From Mustelus asterias (lineage: Eukaryota), in NCBI RefSeq assembly GCF_964213995.1, contig NC_135819.1, positions 36,394,001 to 36,458,000 on the forward strand: a stretch of 64,000 nt of DNA. The letters run 5' to 3'. Positions 12,012 through 25,660 of the stretch are shown piece after piece (the first letter of the stretch is position 1; each line of letters opens with the position of its first letter). The notes below the pieces were generated by a model, which saw only the letters and a list, made by a program, of their open reading frames with translations, ran no database searches and was not told where the DNA came from. A program made the translations under genes and the position numbers.

Positions 12012-12119
12012 ACTGGCATCAACGCCCTTGACTGCAAATGCAGGATTCAATGGCAGGCGGCAGACATGTTCCTGGTAGAAGAACTTCTCCAATTTTTCAA
12101 TCTCTTTCATTAGTAAAGT
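12012..12119 (-). CDS. pik3c2g: PI3K-C2gamma exon: TLLMKEIEKLEKFFYQEHVCRLPLNPAFAVKGVDAS
   Basis: Acceptor tttttttccatttacag and donor gtaagt; 108 nt, phase 0/0. CRLPLNP...KG motif. Confidence 0.94.
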
Positions 12120-12678
12120 CTGTAAATGGAAAAAAATCGTTCTTTATTTCTATGCAGGAAAAAAACAAAGCAAATTAATTAAAACAATCACAGTACCAGG
12201 AAAAAAGGTGGACATTTCTCTTTTATGAGCAGCAATGAGAAACTAGAGGTTAAAACCCAGTGGTCCCAATGATGGCCTGTGCTCCAGAAATTGAAAAACT
12301 TTCCCATTATATAGGTGAGGGTTAATATTATGAACACTGTTACACTGGGAAGAGGGCGTAATTCCATTACGACACATGGACATGGGAATTGGGAAAAACT
12401 GAGTGGAAGTGCATGCAAATGTCAGATTTTTAAGTATTATACAATAGAGATTTAAGTTATACATACACTTTGAAAAGTTGTGTGGGAGAAAAGGGCAAAT
12501 AATACTGAACAATTCTAACACAGGCTGCAATACGTGGCTCCTTAGCATCAATATTATTTGGTGCTATGAATGTTAATTTTGCCTCCACAATGGGTTCACT
12601 TCCTGCGCACACTTCCATTGCAATTTTTCTACCTGAACCTCAGCAGGGAACAGTCTTTCAGATGTTTCCCCTTTATAT

Positions 12679-13003
12679 GGGCGGCACGGCGGCACAGTGG
12701 TTAGCACTGCTGCCTCACAGCGCCAGGGACCCGGGTTCGATTCCAACCTCGTGTGACTGCCTGTGTGGAGTTTGCATGTTCTCCCCGTGTCTATGTGGGT
12801 TTCCTCCGGGTGCTCCGGTTTCCTCCCACACTCCAAAGATGTGCAGGTTACGTTGATTGGCCATGGTAAATTGCCCCTCAGTGTCAGGGGGATTAGCAGG
12901 GTGAATATATGGGGTTACGGGGATAGGGCCTGGGTGGGATTGTGGTCGGTGCAGGCTCAATGGGCCAAATGGCCTCCTTCTGCACTGTCGGGATTCTATG
13001 ATT
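12679..13003 (+). mobile_element. HE1-type V-SINE
   Basis: Head, core and tail all present. Confidence 0.9.
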
Positions 13004-13431
13004 ATATGATTCACAAAGAATGTCCCCACTAAAAGCTGCCAAACTGCTGTAATTACAAATATTACATCAGAGTTGGGTGAGGATGGAACTGCCAATGGTT
13101 TTGAATGTGACTGCAGTCATTAACTATTTTGTGTCTACTTTCTTCCAGGCTGCAGTTGGCAATAACTCTCCCACTTCTACCCTCAATTTCTATGTAAGAG
13201 AGGTTATTGAGGGTCTATATTTGAAGAGAGCTGAATGCACTTTATTCTCTCTTGTCCAGAAAAACAAGCAGAGTGGGCACTGCAGGCTTCCCCATGGCAC
13301 ACTGACTGTCCGCTGTGCCATCTGTATTTGAGCCATTGAGACACATCAGATGAGAGATACTGGGTGACAATGGCTGTCCTTTGACCATGTGGCTCATGAC
13401 TCTGGGGCACAGCCCACGTACAGATGGGAAC

Positions 13432-13747
13432 CATAGAATCCCTACAATGTAGAAAGAGGTCTTTCGGCCCATCGAGTGTGCATCCACTCTCCAAAAGAGC
13501 ATCCCATCCAGGCCTTCCCCTTCACCCTACCTCAATAGCACCGTGCATTTCCCATGGCTAATCCACCTAATTACATATTATTAAGGGACAATTTAACATG
13601 GCTAATCCACCTAAACTGGATACCTTTTACTGTTGGAGGAAACTGGAGCACCCGGAGGAAACCCACGCAGACAGTCACCCAAGGCCGGAATCGAACCTGG
13701 GTCCCTCGCACTGTGGGGCAGCAGCGCTAACCATTGTGCCGCCGTGC
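13432..13747 (-). mobile_element. Diverged HE1-type V-SINE
   Basis: catagaatccctaca tail; ggagcacccggaggaaacccacgcagac core. Confidence 0.8.
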
Positions 13748-14009
13748 ATGTAACAAAACAATGCTGCCATGCAAAACGTGGGAGAGCAGATCATCGAGGT
13801 GCTTAAACAATGCTTCCACAGCCTGGATTGTCTCATCTACTGTGATACCAATAAACCGCCATTCTCCATTCACCAACTTTATCGCCTCTCTATTACTGAC
13901 CATCACAACAGTCGCTTGACCACAATGCCAAAATTAAAGAAACCAAATAAACTTCCAAAGCAAAGTTTTAAATCAAACCTTGACATACTGCATACAAACA
14001 TCGAACCAC

Positions 14010-14530
14010 AGAATCACACAACTGTTACAGTGCAGAAAGAGGCCATTTGGCCCTTTGTGTCTATACTGGCTCTCCAATTGAGTATCATGACTTAGTGCCA
14101 TTCCCCTGCCTTTTCCCCGTACCCTTGCACATTGTTTCTCTTTAAGTAATCATCTAATGCCCTCTCAAATGCCTCGATTGAACCTGCCTCCACCGCACTT
14201 CCAGACAGTGCATTCCAGAGCTGAACCGCTCGCTGTGTGAAAAAAGGTTTGCCTCAAATCGCAAATCATCTTAAATCTGTGCCCTCTCGTTCTTGATCCT
14301 TTTACAAGCTGGAACAGTTCCTCCCTATCCACTCTGTCCAATCCACGCATGATTTTAAACATATCAATCAAATCTCCTCTGAACCTTCTTCTCTCCAAGA
14401 AGAACAAACTCAACCTCTCCAATCTTTCCTCATAACTGAAGTTTCTCATCGCTGAAACTATTTTTGTGAACCTCCTCTGCACTCTCTCCAATTAGGGTGG
14501 TGTCCAGACTGAACACAATATTCCAGCTGA
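14010..14530 (-). mobile_element. CR1 3' fragment
   Basis: ORF 14165..14491 reads ERVQRRFTK...RGDLIDMFKIMRG. Confidence 0.85.
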
Positions 14531-14682
14531 GCTCTTTCACTGGAGAAGTCCTTGGAGCTCTAGCACTCTGGTCCTAGAAAGCCCAGATTCAGGCTGCACC
14601 ATCTTGGCATGGCTGATAGTCAACAGCAGGGATACAGGCAGAGTGTCAGTGCCAGGAGCATGAATGTTGGCATCATGAGAGA

Positions 14683-15008
14683 GGCGGGACGATGGCAGAG
14701 TGGTTAGCATTGCTGCTTCACAGCGCCAGGGAACCCGGGTTCAATTCTGGCCTCGGGTGACTATCTATGCAGAGTTTGCACATTCTCCCCATGTCTGCGT
14801 GGGTTTCCTCCAGGTGCTCCACTTTCCTCCCACAGTCCAAAGATGTGCGGGTTAAGTGGATTGGCCATGCTAAATTGCCCCTTAGTGTCAGGGGATTGGC
14901 AGGGTAAATACATGGGGTTACGGGGATAGGGCCCGGGTGGGATTCTTGTTGTGCAGGCTCGCTGGGCCGAATGGCCTCCTTCTGCACTGTAGGGGTTCTA
15001 CGATTCTA
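14683..15008 (+). mobile_element. HE1-type V-SINE
   Basis: Head, core and tail all present. Confidence 0.88.
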
Positions 15009-15009
15009 A

Positions 15010-16000
15010 CTGCAGATTGGTACATCATCGAGCACCTACCACTGGCATTGGCTCAGTGGTCCCAGTAACCTATTGGAGGACAGATTGTGTGAGACGCTGA
15101 ACCCTCTTGTAGCATCTTGCAGCCAGGCTGGCAGCGGTGTGAATTTGCCCAGCAGCATGTTCAGCTTGCATAACTAGAGGCTGATCTTCCACTGCAGCAT
15201 CTAGATGCTGGGTTGTCTGTGTTGCAATGAAAACAGAGCCTTCAGCCATCAAAGGCTGCAACAAAGGCTGGGTATGCTGCGTGTGTTAGTGGAATAGGCC
15301 ATGCTGGAATATATAGACTCCAAGCTCTGCACACAGCCCTGTGCCAACCTGGTGCTGGATTCTCCAACAATCCTTGTCCTTCCATGATCATTTTGATGTG
15401 CTTGTATACCAGCCATCTCCAACTGGGTGTCCCAGTGTCCCTATTTCAATCCTCTGCATCAGAACTCCTGGCTGACCTTGTCCTCCAGTGAGCTTGAACC
15501 TTGTTCCCTGCTCTGGCTACCGGCCCTTGTCCGGACTCTCCCAACATGCAGACCCTTGCTTTGAAGTGAATCCTCTAACATACGCACAGTGTTAGTGTCC
15601 GAGCTGATGGCTGCAAGAGTAAGAGCAAATGATGGTATCATTCCTCTTCCAAATCTTTCTCCTGCACCACAGTCTGACCAGCTGGTCATTCTTAGATATC
15701 TGAAAGGAGAAAGATACAAGGGTCGGGTTGAGGTGAGGGTAAAGGGGGAGTTGGGGGTGGTGGGAAGCAAGGGGTGCGTGCTTACACATGTTTACACTAC
15801 CTGGAGCTTGGAAATCAGAAGAGAGTCTGGAATGAGTGGGAAGTGGAATGTGAGAGGGAGGGTGCCATCTTCAATGGTTTCAGCCTCATTGCTGACCGCC
15901 ATCTCAGCAATGGCTGCTCTAACGACGACCACTGTCTTCTCTGTCAGGGTAAGGCTGTGCATCTGTGCTGCGGTGGTTTTTCCAATTTGTTGTTATCAAT
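15010..16000 (-). mobile_element. Degraded Harbinger-like Myb-gene downstream region
   Basis: The minus strand at 15865-15995 reads HSLTLTEKTVVVVRAAIAEMAVSNEAETIEDG, like the second exon of Harbinger Myb proteins. Confidence 0.4.
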
Positions 16001-16039
16001 TATCTAATCAATCGGGATCAACTGAAATCAAAATGGTAA

Positions 16040-16410
16040 ACCAGCCTACCGTCCATTGACTCAGTCTACACTTCCCGCTGCCTTGGCAAAGCAGCCAGCA
16101 TAATCAAAGACCCCACACACACTGCACATTCTCTCTTCCACCTTCTTACGAAAGTTTGAAATCATGTACTAACTGAGTCAAGAACAGCTTCTTCCCTGCT
16201 GCCATCACGTTTTTGAATGGACCTTCTATATATTAAGCTGATCTTTCTCTGCACCTTATCTGTAACTGCAACACTATATTCTGCACCCTCTCTTTTCCTA
16301 CCCCCTGTGTACTCTATGAACAGTAAGCTTTGTCTGTACAGCACGCAAGAAACAAAGCTTTTCACTGTATCCCAACACGTGTGACAGGAATAAATCAATT
16401 CAAATCAAAT
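16040..16410 (+). mobile_element. Rex/Babar 3' end
   Basis: Matches 2790-3160, including an aataaatcaattcaaatc tail. Confidence 0.85.
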
Positions 16411-16736
16411 GATGGGAGTGTGGAGTTTGGTAGCAAATGCCATTAGCTTTAGGAGCGCTGCTCCTTCCTCAGATGGAGTGGATAGCTGCTCATAAATATT
16501 TTATTTATCTCCACATCCGGCATCTCCACATCATATGGAGTTTAGTCAGAGTTTAAGATGGAATATGACACACTAGTTATAAAGAAAAATGACCGTGACA
16601 GTCAGTGAGCACTGATCTGGGTCAGACTGGACAGTTGAGAGTCAATCATTTGATGTGGCTCTGGAGTCACATATAGGCCAAATCAGGTAAGGACAGCAGA
16701 TGTCCTTCCCTAAAGTCATTAGTGAACCAGATGGGT

Positions 16737-17180
16737 TAAGGAGGAGCGGTTGAGGAGTCTGGGTCTATACTCAATGGAGTTTAGAAGGATGAGGAGGGAT
16801 CTAATTGAAACTTACAGAATACTGAGAGGCCTAGATAGAGTGGACGTGGAAAGAATGTTTCCACTCGTGGGAGAGACTAGAACTCAAAGGCACAACCTCA
16901 GAGTGAAGGGACGCTCCTTTAGAACTGAGGTGAGGAGGAATTTCTTCAGCCAGAGGGTGGTGAATCTGTGGAACTCATTGCCACAGAGGGCTGTGGAGGC
17001 CAGGTCATTGAGTGTCTTTAAGACAGAGATAGATAAGTTCTTGATCAATAAGGGGATCAAGGGTTATGGGAGAAGGTAGGAGAATGGGGATGAGAATCAT
17101 ATCAGCCATGATTGAATGGTGGAGTAGACTCGATGGGCTGAATGGCCTCATTCTGCTCCTATTTCTGATGGTCTTATGGA
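16737..17180 (+). mobile_element. CR1 3' fragment
   Basis: Reads LGLYSMEFRRMRRDLIETYRIL...RNFFSQRVVNLWNSLP. Confidence 0.88.
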
Positions 17181-18239
17181 TGACTTGCATAGACGATCAG
17201 CTTTTTCTTTCTTTTTCTTTGTATTTACTGCTTGGTGTTTCATGTCTTTGTGGATTTTTCAAACTACCTAACAGTGCCAAGTGTGGATCTACCCTGAGGA
17301 TCTGTCTACATCACCTGCTTCACTTTATACCCTTTTTCAGGGGTGGACAAGGATGATTTATTTACAGGGTCTTATGATCCAATAAAGTCTTGAGAGTTCT
17401 TTGTCTAAACCATTGGGGCGAAAGCCCTTCTTTAATGTTATCCACCAGCCCTTTGCTTCTTGAGACTTTGCATGTACCTCCCACTCTTGATCAATCAAGC
17501 TCTTATACATCTTATCATTATCTAATCTCAAGCTGTTTTCCCTAATAATTTCCATCCTCTTGAGGGCTCCTTCCATCTCCAGAGGGCAATCTAACTTCCA
17601 GAAGTGTATATCTGTCCTATCACCATTTATTTATCCCCAAAGCTGTTTAGAAGGCTTTTTAACAAGCTGTTCATAATAGCTATTTAGCCCATCTGTCCTT
17701 CGTGTGTACCAGACTGTTGAACCATGGTGATTCACTGAACTAATTCCTATTCTATTCCTACATATCAATTAATTTTCACATTTAAGCAAGCATCCCAATT
17801 AAGCAAGGTTAACTGAAAATTCTAACACAGCTTAGAAGTATGGTTATTAGTTTAAAACATCTCTCCCACAATTGGAAGGTCTTATCTAAGCATGGCTTCA
17901 TTCCAGGCTAGGTACAGCTGCCATCACACAAGAATAACCACCCCACTAACTCTGTTTCTAGGGAAACAAAACCTGAGCAGTTTACAGTAGATTGAAACTT
18001 CAAGCATGAAGCTATTCGCTTGGTGCCTGTCTCCTGCTGGGTCGCTCCTGCCACCTTGTCTTGCAGGAGAGAGGGAAGTGTGTTGGTGAGTGTGGCGCAA
18101 TGTAGCCATGCTAAAGGTGCAAGGGTGATGTGATGTTTTGGATGTTAGGCGCGAGTCATGAGAGGGGTTGCTGGTAGATGTTGAGAGGAGTGGGTACCAT
18201 GTGAGCCTAGTGGTGCAGAGGAAACAGAGGGAGGCAATG

Positions 18240-18594
18240 GCCTGATTGTATTAATGACCATTATTGACTTAGTGACTATTAATCCAAAAACTTAGCTAAT
18301 GTTCTGGGGACCCGGGTTCGAATCCCGCCGTGGCAGGTGGTGGAATTTAAATTCAATAAAAAAAATCTGGAGTGAAGAATCCACTGATGACCATGAAACC
18401 ATTGTCAATTGTCGGAAAAACTCGTCTGGTCCACTAATGCCCTTTCGGGGAGGAAATCTGCCGTCCTTACCTGGTCTGGCTTACATGTGATTCCAGAGCC
18501 ACAGTAATGTGGTTGACTCTCAGCTGCCCTCGGGCAACTAGGGATGGGCAATAAATGCTGGCCAGTCAGCGATGCCCAGGTCCCACAAATGAAC
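18240..18594 (+). mobile_element. SINE family C (tRNA head; tail gggcaataaatgctggcc...aatgaa). Other copies at 28335-28701(-), 33140-33520(-), 59662-60004(-) and 16630-16735(-)
   Basis: B-box ggttcgaatccc; the body is shared among the copies. Confidence 0.85.
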
Positions 18595-18629
18595 AGTTGG
18601 TTGGATATGGGATTTGAAGATACTTTCGC

Positions 18630-18875
18630 TGTCCTTGGACCATTCGTGTGAAGTCACTGATCTTTTTATGGGATTGCACCCAGGTTCTCCAGTTGAGCCC
18701 CTGCCACCAACTGTCACCAGTGTTATCAGTTCCCACTGCCTTTCAAAGATTGCCCTGACTCCCTACCCCTGCAGTAGATAGAGATCATCCCTCCTCATCT
18801 CCACCTCTTGTACCAAGGCCTCCAGTGCAGAGCTGGAAAGCTTTGGAGCTCCCTCTCTGCCACGTTGTGCCATTA
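18630..18875 (-). pseudogene. Harbinger-type Myb/SANT first-exon remnant
   Basis: Reads MAQRGREGAPKLSSSALEALVQEVEMRRDDLY...QWE...RTWVQSHKKISDFTRM, with a stop and frameshifts. Confidence 0.65.
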
Positions 18876-19315
18876 TTGAGCATTCCCCATGCCAAAATAC
18901 TTTTGGAATGACTCCCAGCCCCTGCTGCAGCCGCAATGCTCTTCCTCTTTAAGAGGGGCAGGCAGGTTTTAAGTGAGCTTTAGCTCAGGCTGGCCTCTCA
19001 TGATTTCACACCCGCTACCCATGTGTGCACACACACAGCAGCATGCTTAGTGATGGCAACACATTGCAATTATTTTAATTAGCAGCCAGGTGGGTGCACT
19101 TTCAGCATTAGTCACAGTGGGTGCAGGAGTTCAGCTGTAGAACCTGGATGCAAGCCCATAAAAAGGTCAATGACTTCACACGAACGGCCAAGGACAGCGA
19201 ATGTATCTTCAAATCCCATATCCAACCAACTGTTCATTCGTGGGGCATGGGCATCACAACCCACCCACCTTCTTGGAACAGTTCAATCTCACATTCACTC
19301 TCTATACATGCAGAT

Positions 19316-19545
19316 TAGGGGTCGCGTTAGCTCAGTTGGTTGGATGGCTGGTTCATGATGCAGAGTGACATCAACACTGCGGGTTCAATTCCTGTACCGA
19401 CTGAGGTTATTCATGAAGATTCCGCCCTAAGACCTTGTCCCTTGCCTGTGGTGTGTTGATCCTCAAGTTAAATCATCACCAGTCAGCTCTCCCTCTCAAA
19501 GGGGAAGGAGCCTGCGGCCATCTGGATTATGCCAACTTTACCTTT
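19316..19545 (+). mobile_element. tRNA-derived SINE (another family)
   Basis: A-box tagctcagttgg, B-box ggttcaattcc, tail actttaccttt. Confidence 0.6.
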
Positions 19546-19669
19546 TTAATTATCAAAACCAAATTATGATCGGTCTCAGATGCCAAGGGATTTAAGGATT
19601 GGCTCTGCACTGTCATTGTAGAAAAAAAAATTGGTTCAGTAAATGAAGACAATGCAGCTGGTGAAAGTA

Positions 19670-22472
19670 GAGAACCAGATACATGGTTGCAGGATGGTCA
19701 CGACTGGGAGTTGAATATCCAGGGGTATCAGACTGTTCGGAGGGACTGACAGGAAGGTAAGGGAGGTGGTGTAGCTCTGATATTTAAGGATGACATTAGG
19801 GCGGTAGTGAGAGATGATATAGATTCGATGGAAAAAAAGGTTGAACCCATTTGGGTGGAAATTAGAAATAGTAAGGGGAAAAAGTCACTGATAGGAGTAG
19901 TCTACAGGCCACCAAGTAATGACATAATGGTGGGCGAGAAATAAACAAAGAAATAACTGATGCATGTAAAACTGGTACAGCAATTATCATGGGGGATTTT
20001 AATCTACATATCAATTGGTTATCTAGGTCAGTCAAGGCAGCCTTGAGGAGTTCATAGAATGTATCCGCGATAGCTTCCTTGAACAGTATGTAATGGAACC
20101 TACGAGGGAGCAAGCTATCATAAATCTGGTCATGTTTAATAAGATGGGAATAATTAATGATCTTACAGTTAGGGATCCTCTCGGAAGAAGTGATCACAGT
20201 ATGGTTGAATTTAAAATACAGATGGAGTGTGAGAAGGTAAAATCCAATACCAGTGTCTTGTGCTTAAACAAAGGAAACTACAAAGGGATGAGGGAGGAGT
20301 TGGCTCAGGTAGACTGGGAGCAAAAATTTTATGCTGGGACAATTGAGGAACAGTGGAGGACTTTCAAAGTGATCTTTCACAGTGCTCAACAAACTTATAT
20401 ACCAGTGATAAGGAAGGACTGTAGAAAAAGAGATAATTAGCCATGGATATCTAAGGAAATAAAGGAGGGTATCAAATTGAAAGAAAATGCATACTAAGTG
20501 GCAACGATTAGTGGGAACCGAGAGGATTGGGAAATCTTTAAAGGTCAGCAAAAAGCCACAAAAAAAGCTATTAAGAAAAGTAAGATGGATTATGAGAGTA
20601 AACTAGCTCAGAATATAAAAACAGATCGCAAAAGTTTCCCCAAATATATAAAATGAAAAAGAGTGGCTAAAGTAAACATTGGTCCTTTAGAGGATGAAAA
20701 GGGGGATGTAATAACTGGAAATGAGAAAGTGGCTGAGGCATTGAACAGGTATTTTGTGTCGGTCTTCACAGTGGAAGATACAAATAACATGCCAAAAATT
20801 GATGACGGGAAGGCTATGGCAGGTGACAACCTAGAAACTATCATTATCATGAAAGAGGTAGTGTTGGGCAAGTTAATGAGGCTAAAGGTAGACAAGTCTC
20901 CTGGTCCTGATGGAATGCATCCCAGGGTACTAAAAGAAATAGCGGGAGAAATAGCAAATTCACTAGTGGTAATTTACCAAAATTAGCTGGACTCTGGAGT
21001 GGTTCCCGCAGATTGGAAAACAGCAAATGTGATGCCACTGTTTAAAAAAGGAGGTAGACAAAAGGCTGGTAACTATAGGCCGGTTAGTTAACTTCTGTAG
21101 TAGGGAAAATGCTTGAATCTATCGTCAAGGAAGAAATAGCGAGACATCTGGATATAAATTGTCCCATTGGTAAGACGCAGCATGGGTTCATGAAGGAAAG
21201 GTCATGTTTGACTAATTTGGTGGAATTCTTTGAGAACATTATGTGCGCAATGGACAATGGGGAACCTGTGGATGTAGTGTATCTGGATTTCCAGAAGGCA
21301 TTTGACAAGGTGCCGCCCCAAAGACTGCTGCATAAGATAAAGGTGCACGGTGTTACGGGTAATGTATTAGCATGGATATTGGATTGGTTAACTAACAGAA
21401 AGCAAAAAGTGGGGGAAAATGGGTGTTTTTCTGGTTGGCGATCAGTGACTAGAGTTGTCCCTCAGGGATCAGTGTTGGGACCGCAATTGTTTACGATTTA
21501 CATAGATGATTTGGAGTTGGGGACCAAGTGTAGTGTGTCAAAATTTGCAGATGACACTAAGATGGGTGGCAGAGCAAAGTGTGCAGAGGACGCTGAAAGT
21601 CTGCAAAGGGATATAGACAATCTAAGTGAGTGGGCGAGGGTCTGGCAGATGGAGTACAATGTTGGTAAATTGAGGTCATCCATTTTGGTAGGAATAACAG
21701 CAAAATGGACTATTATTTAAATGGTAAAAAATTGCAGCATGCTGCTGTGCAGAGGGACCTGGGTGTCCTTGTGCAGGAATCACAAGGAGTTGGTTTGCAG
21801 GTGCAGCAGGTAACTAAAAAGGCAAATGGAAATTTGTCCTTTATTGCTAAAGGAATGGAATGTAAAAACAGCGAGGTTATATTGCAGCTGTATAAGGCGC
21901 TGGTGAGGCTACACCTGGAGTACTGTGTACAGTTTTGGTCTCCTTACTTGAGAAAGGATATACTGGCACTGGAGGGGGTGCAGAGGAGATTCACTAGGTT
22001 GATTCCAGAGTTGAGAGGGTTGGCTTATGAAGACAGACTGAGTAGATTGGGGCTATACTCATTGGAATTCGGAAGAATGAGAGTAGATCTTATAGAAACA
22101 TATAAGATTTTGAAGGGAATAGATAAGATAGAAGCAGGGAAGTTGTTTCCACTGGCAGGTGAAACTAGAACTAGGGGCATAGCCTCAAAATAAGGGGAAG
22201 CAGATTTAGGATTGAGTTGAGGAGGAACTTCTTCACACAAAGGGTTGTGAATCTGTGGAATTCCCTGCCCAGTGAAGCAGTTGAGACTATCTCATTGAAT
22301 GTTTTTAAGGCAAGGATAGATAAATTTTTGAACAGTAAAGGAATTAAGGGTAATGGTGAGCGGGCGGGTAAGTGGAGCTGAGTCCACAAAAAGATCAGCC
22401 ATGATCTTATTGAATGGCGGAGCAGGCTCGAGGGGCCAGATGGCCTACTCCTGCTCCTAGTTCTTATGTTCT
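19670..22472 (+). mobile_element. CR1/HER1-like LINE, near-complete but degenerate ORF2 (APE + RT)
   Basis: APE motifs (TWL..., GGGVAL, MGDFN, SDH); RT motifs (QHGFMK, YLDFQKAFDKV, PQGSVLGP, KFADDTK); tail ttcttatgttct; several stops. Confidence 0.95.
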
Positions 22473-22814
22473 GTGGATTACAACACACAACACTCCACGC
22501 TCCCGCTATAGCAAGGTCAGAGAATTTGGCGGACAGCCAAATCTCTGTTCAGTGCAGCGGGATGGGAAAATCCCGCCAGTGTGAACGGTGATAAGATTCC
22601 AGCCTTTACATTTCTAAAGCAGAGCTTCGACCAACAGGAACCAAACATCAGTGAGAACAAAAGGTTCCTGAAACTTATTGATGGTTGCAACATTAACCAT
22701 CTCAGAAATCTAGACCAGGAATATAAATCCTTTATCCAAACCAAGTGGAAGAAGTGGGAGTTACATCACATGGCACCTCTCAAGGAGCAGTGTTCCCTTA
22801 GTTGTAGAGTCAGT

Positions 22815-23380
22815 CATGAGGGCACATAGATTCATGATGAGGGGCAAGAGGTTGAGGGCGATGTGAGGAAAAACATTTTTACCCAGAGGGCAGTGATGGT
22901 CTGGAATGCGCTGCCTGGGAGGGTGGTAGAGGCGGGTTGCCTCACATCCTTTAAAAAGTATCTGGATGAGCACTTGGCACATTCAGGGCTATGGGCTGGC
23001 AGAAAAAGTTTATTTATTCGTCACATGTAGGCTTACATTAACACTGCAATGATTTTACTGTGAAATTCCCTTCGTCGCCACATTCTGGCGCCTGTTTGGG
23101 TCAATGCACCTAACCAGCGCATCTTTCAGACTGTGGGAGGGAACCGGAGCACCGGAGGAAACCCACACAGAGACGGGGAGAAGGTGCAAACTCCACATAG
23201 ACAGTGACCCAAGTTCAGGAATCTAACCCGGGTCCCCTGGCGCTGTGAGGCAACAGCGCTAACCACTGTGCCACCGTGCCGCCCCATGATGGAATTAGGT
23301 GGGAGTTCAGGTGTTTCTAATGTGTCGGTGCAGACTCGATGGGCTGAAGGGTCTCTTTTGCGCTGTGTGATTCTATGATT
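22815..23380 (+). mobile_element. CR1 3' end interrupted by a V-SINE-B (23007-23285, minus)
   Basis: The CR1 tail resumes after the SINE (gcagactcgatgggctgaagg...ttctatgatt). Confidence 0.8.
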
Positions 23381-23749
23381 CGAGCTGCCAGAACCTGTAA
23401 TATTCCCTTGCGGAGCTAGAGACTGACATCGTCCATCAATTGAGCAGCAAGAAACCAGAGCAGCTGAGGTTTTAAATTGCTTGAATCTTATCTACACTGT
23501 TTCTACTGGAACATCTCAGCTTCTGCACCGGTGCTTACTGCGAGATGGGTCCATCTCTACATACTTCTCCCATCATGGAAGTCAGTGCTATTGGAAAAAT
23601 GGATCAACCCCACATCAGCCGCAGCCAGCTAATCTCTCTGAAGGAACACCCCAGACTTTTTATTCTGGACTCTGAACCCACGTGGAACAATAATTCTTAT
23701 TTGTCTGAACCTCTTTCTTTTCCTTACCCCGCTTTTATTGTGTGAATAT

Positions 23750-24081
23750 CTTAGAAACCCTACAGCACAGAAAGAGGCCATTCGGCCCATCGAGTCTGCA
23801 CCAACCACAATCCTACCCAGGCCCTACCCCCATATCCCTACATCTTTTACCCACTAATCCCTCTAACCCACGCATCCCGGGACACTAAGGGGCAATTTTA
23901 GCATGGCCAATCAACCTAACCCGCACATCTTTGGACTGTGGGAGGAAACCGGAGCACCCGGAGGAAACCCACGCAGACATGAGGAGAATGTGCAAACTCC
24001 ACACAGACAGTGACCCAAGCCGGGAATCGAACCCAGGTCCCTGGAGCTGAGAAGCAGCAGTGCTAACCACTGTGCTACCGT
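23750..24081 (-). mobile_element. HE1-type V-SINE
   Basis: Full length, low divergence. Confidence 0.92.
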
Positions 24082-24364
24082 AATATATCGGGGGCTATGC
24101 GACAAATCCCCATTCCCATGAGTGGGAGTGTAAAATAACCTAACCCTCTGATGTTACCCTATCTGGAGTTTGTAATGGGGTTATTAATACAGGATTGGAT
24201 CACTCCAAAACTGAAGGGTTGGAGAATATATGCCACCACTTATAAAGAAGGAAATCAAAAATCCAAAAACACCTTTCTCTTTATTGATGGGTGGTGAGAG
24301 GAGAAAATTAAATTGTTTTAAGTTAAACCCCCCCCCCCGCCCCCCACCCCCATCTGTAACACTT

Positions 24365-25252
24365 AAAGAACAAACAAAGAACAGTACAAGCACAGGAAAC
24401 AGGCCCTTCGGCCCTCCAAGTCTGTGCCGCTCCTTGGTCCAACTAGGCTAATCGTTTGTATCCCTCCATTCCCAGGCTGCTCATGTGACTATCCAGGTAA
24501 GTCTTAAACGATGTCAGTGTGTCTGCCTCCACCACCCTACTTGGCAGCGCATTCCAGGCCCCCACCACCCTCTGTGTAAAAAACATCCCTCTGATATCTG
24601 AGTTATACTTCGCCCCTCTCACCTTGAGCCCGTGACCCCTCGTGATCGTCACTTCTGATCTGGGAAAAAGCTTCCCACCGTTCACCCTATCTATCCTCTT
24701 CATAATCTTGTATACCTCTACTAGATCTCCCCTCATTCTCCGTCTTTCCAGGGAGAACAACCCCAGTTTACGCAATCTCTCCTCATACCTAAGACCCTCC
24801 ATACCAGGCAACATCCTGGTAAACCTTCTCTGCACTCTCTCTAACGCCTCCACGTCCTTCTGGTAGTGCGGCAACCAGAACTGGACGCAGTGCTCCAAAT
24901 GTGGCCTAACCAGTGTTCTATACAGCTGCATCATCAGACTCCAGCTTTTATACTCTATACCCCGTCCCATAAAGGCACGCATACCATATGCCTTCTTCAC
25001 CACCTTCTCCACCTGTGTTGCCACCCTCAAGGATTTGTGGACTTGCACACCTAGGTCCCTCTGTGTTTCTATACTCTTGATGACTCTGCCATTTATTGTA
25101 TAACTCCTCCCTACATTATTTCTTCCAAAATGCATCACTTCACATTTATCCGGATTAAATTCCATCTGCCACCTCTCCGCCCAATTTTCCAGCCTATCTA
25201 TATCCTGCTGTATTGCCCGACAATGCTCATCGCTATCCGCAAGTCCAGCCAC
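24365..25252 (-). mobile_element. Young 5'-truncated CR1 with an intact 269-aa ORF2 C-terminus
   Basis: Uninterrupted ORF 24443..25252; tgttcttt tail; nearly identical to 7158-7693 and 39350-39499. Confidence 0.95.
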
Positions 25253-25660
25253 CTAAATCCAGCCCCCACCTCACATTTCCTATCATTTATGCCAAAGATT
25301 TATTAATGACATTAACGTTTTCTGAACCATATATCCAGATATATCGAACTAAATAAAGGTGCCAAAAGGGGACACACATGTGGCTAGTTGGCCAAGTTAC
25401 TGGGAACAGCTGGTGCCCATATCCAAGCAGGTTCACCCCTGGAGGAGGTTGGAGGGCAAAAGTCTGATTGCAATGAATAAAAATGATGAACCTTGTGGTT
25501 TTTATATTAAAAATACAAGAAAATTACTCCATTTATATTGAGAATTCTTTACCTTTCATCCTGACCTCAGCCCAAGGTCATGGGTAAGTAACTAGACTTA
25601 ATAAAACAAAGAGTGAATGTTTACCAAAGATGCCATTGGACAGCTCTTGCTTGTACTCAC

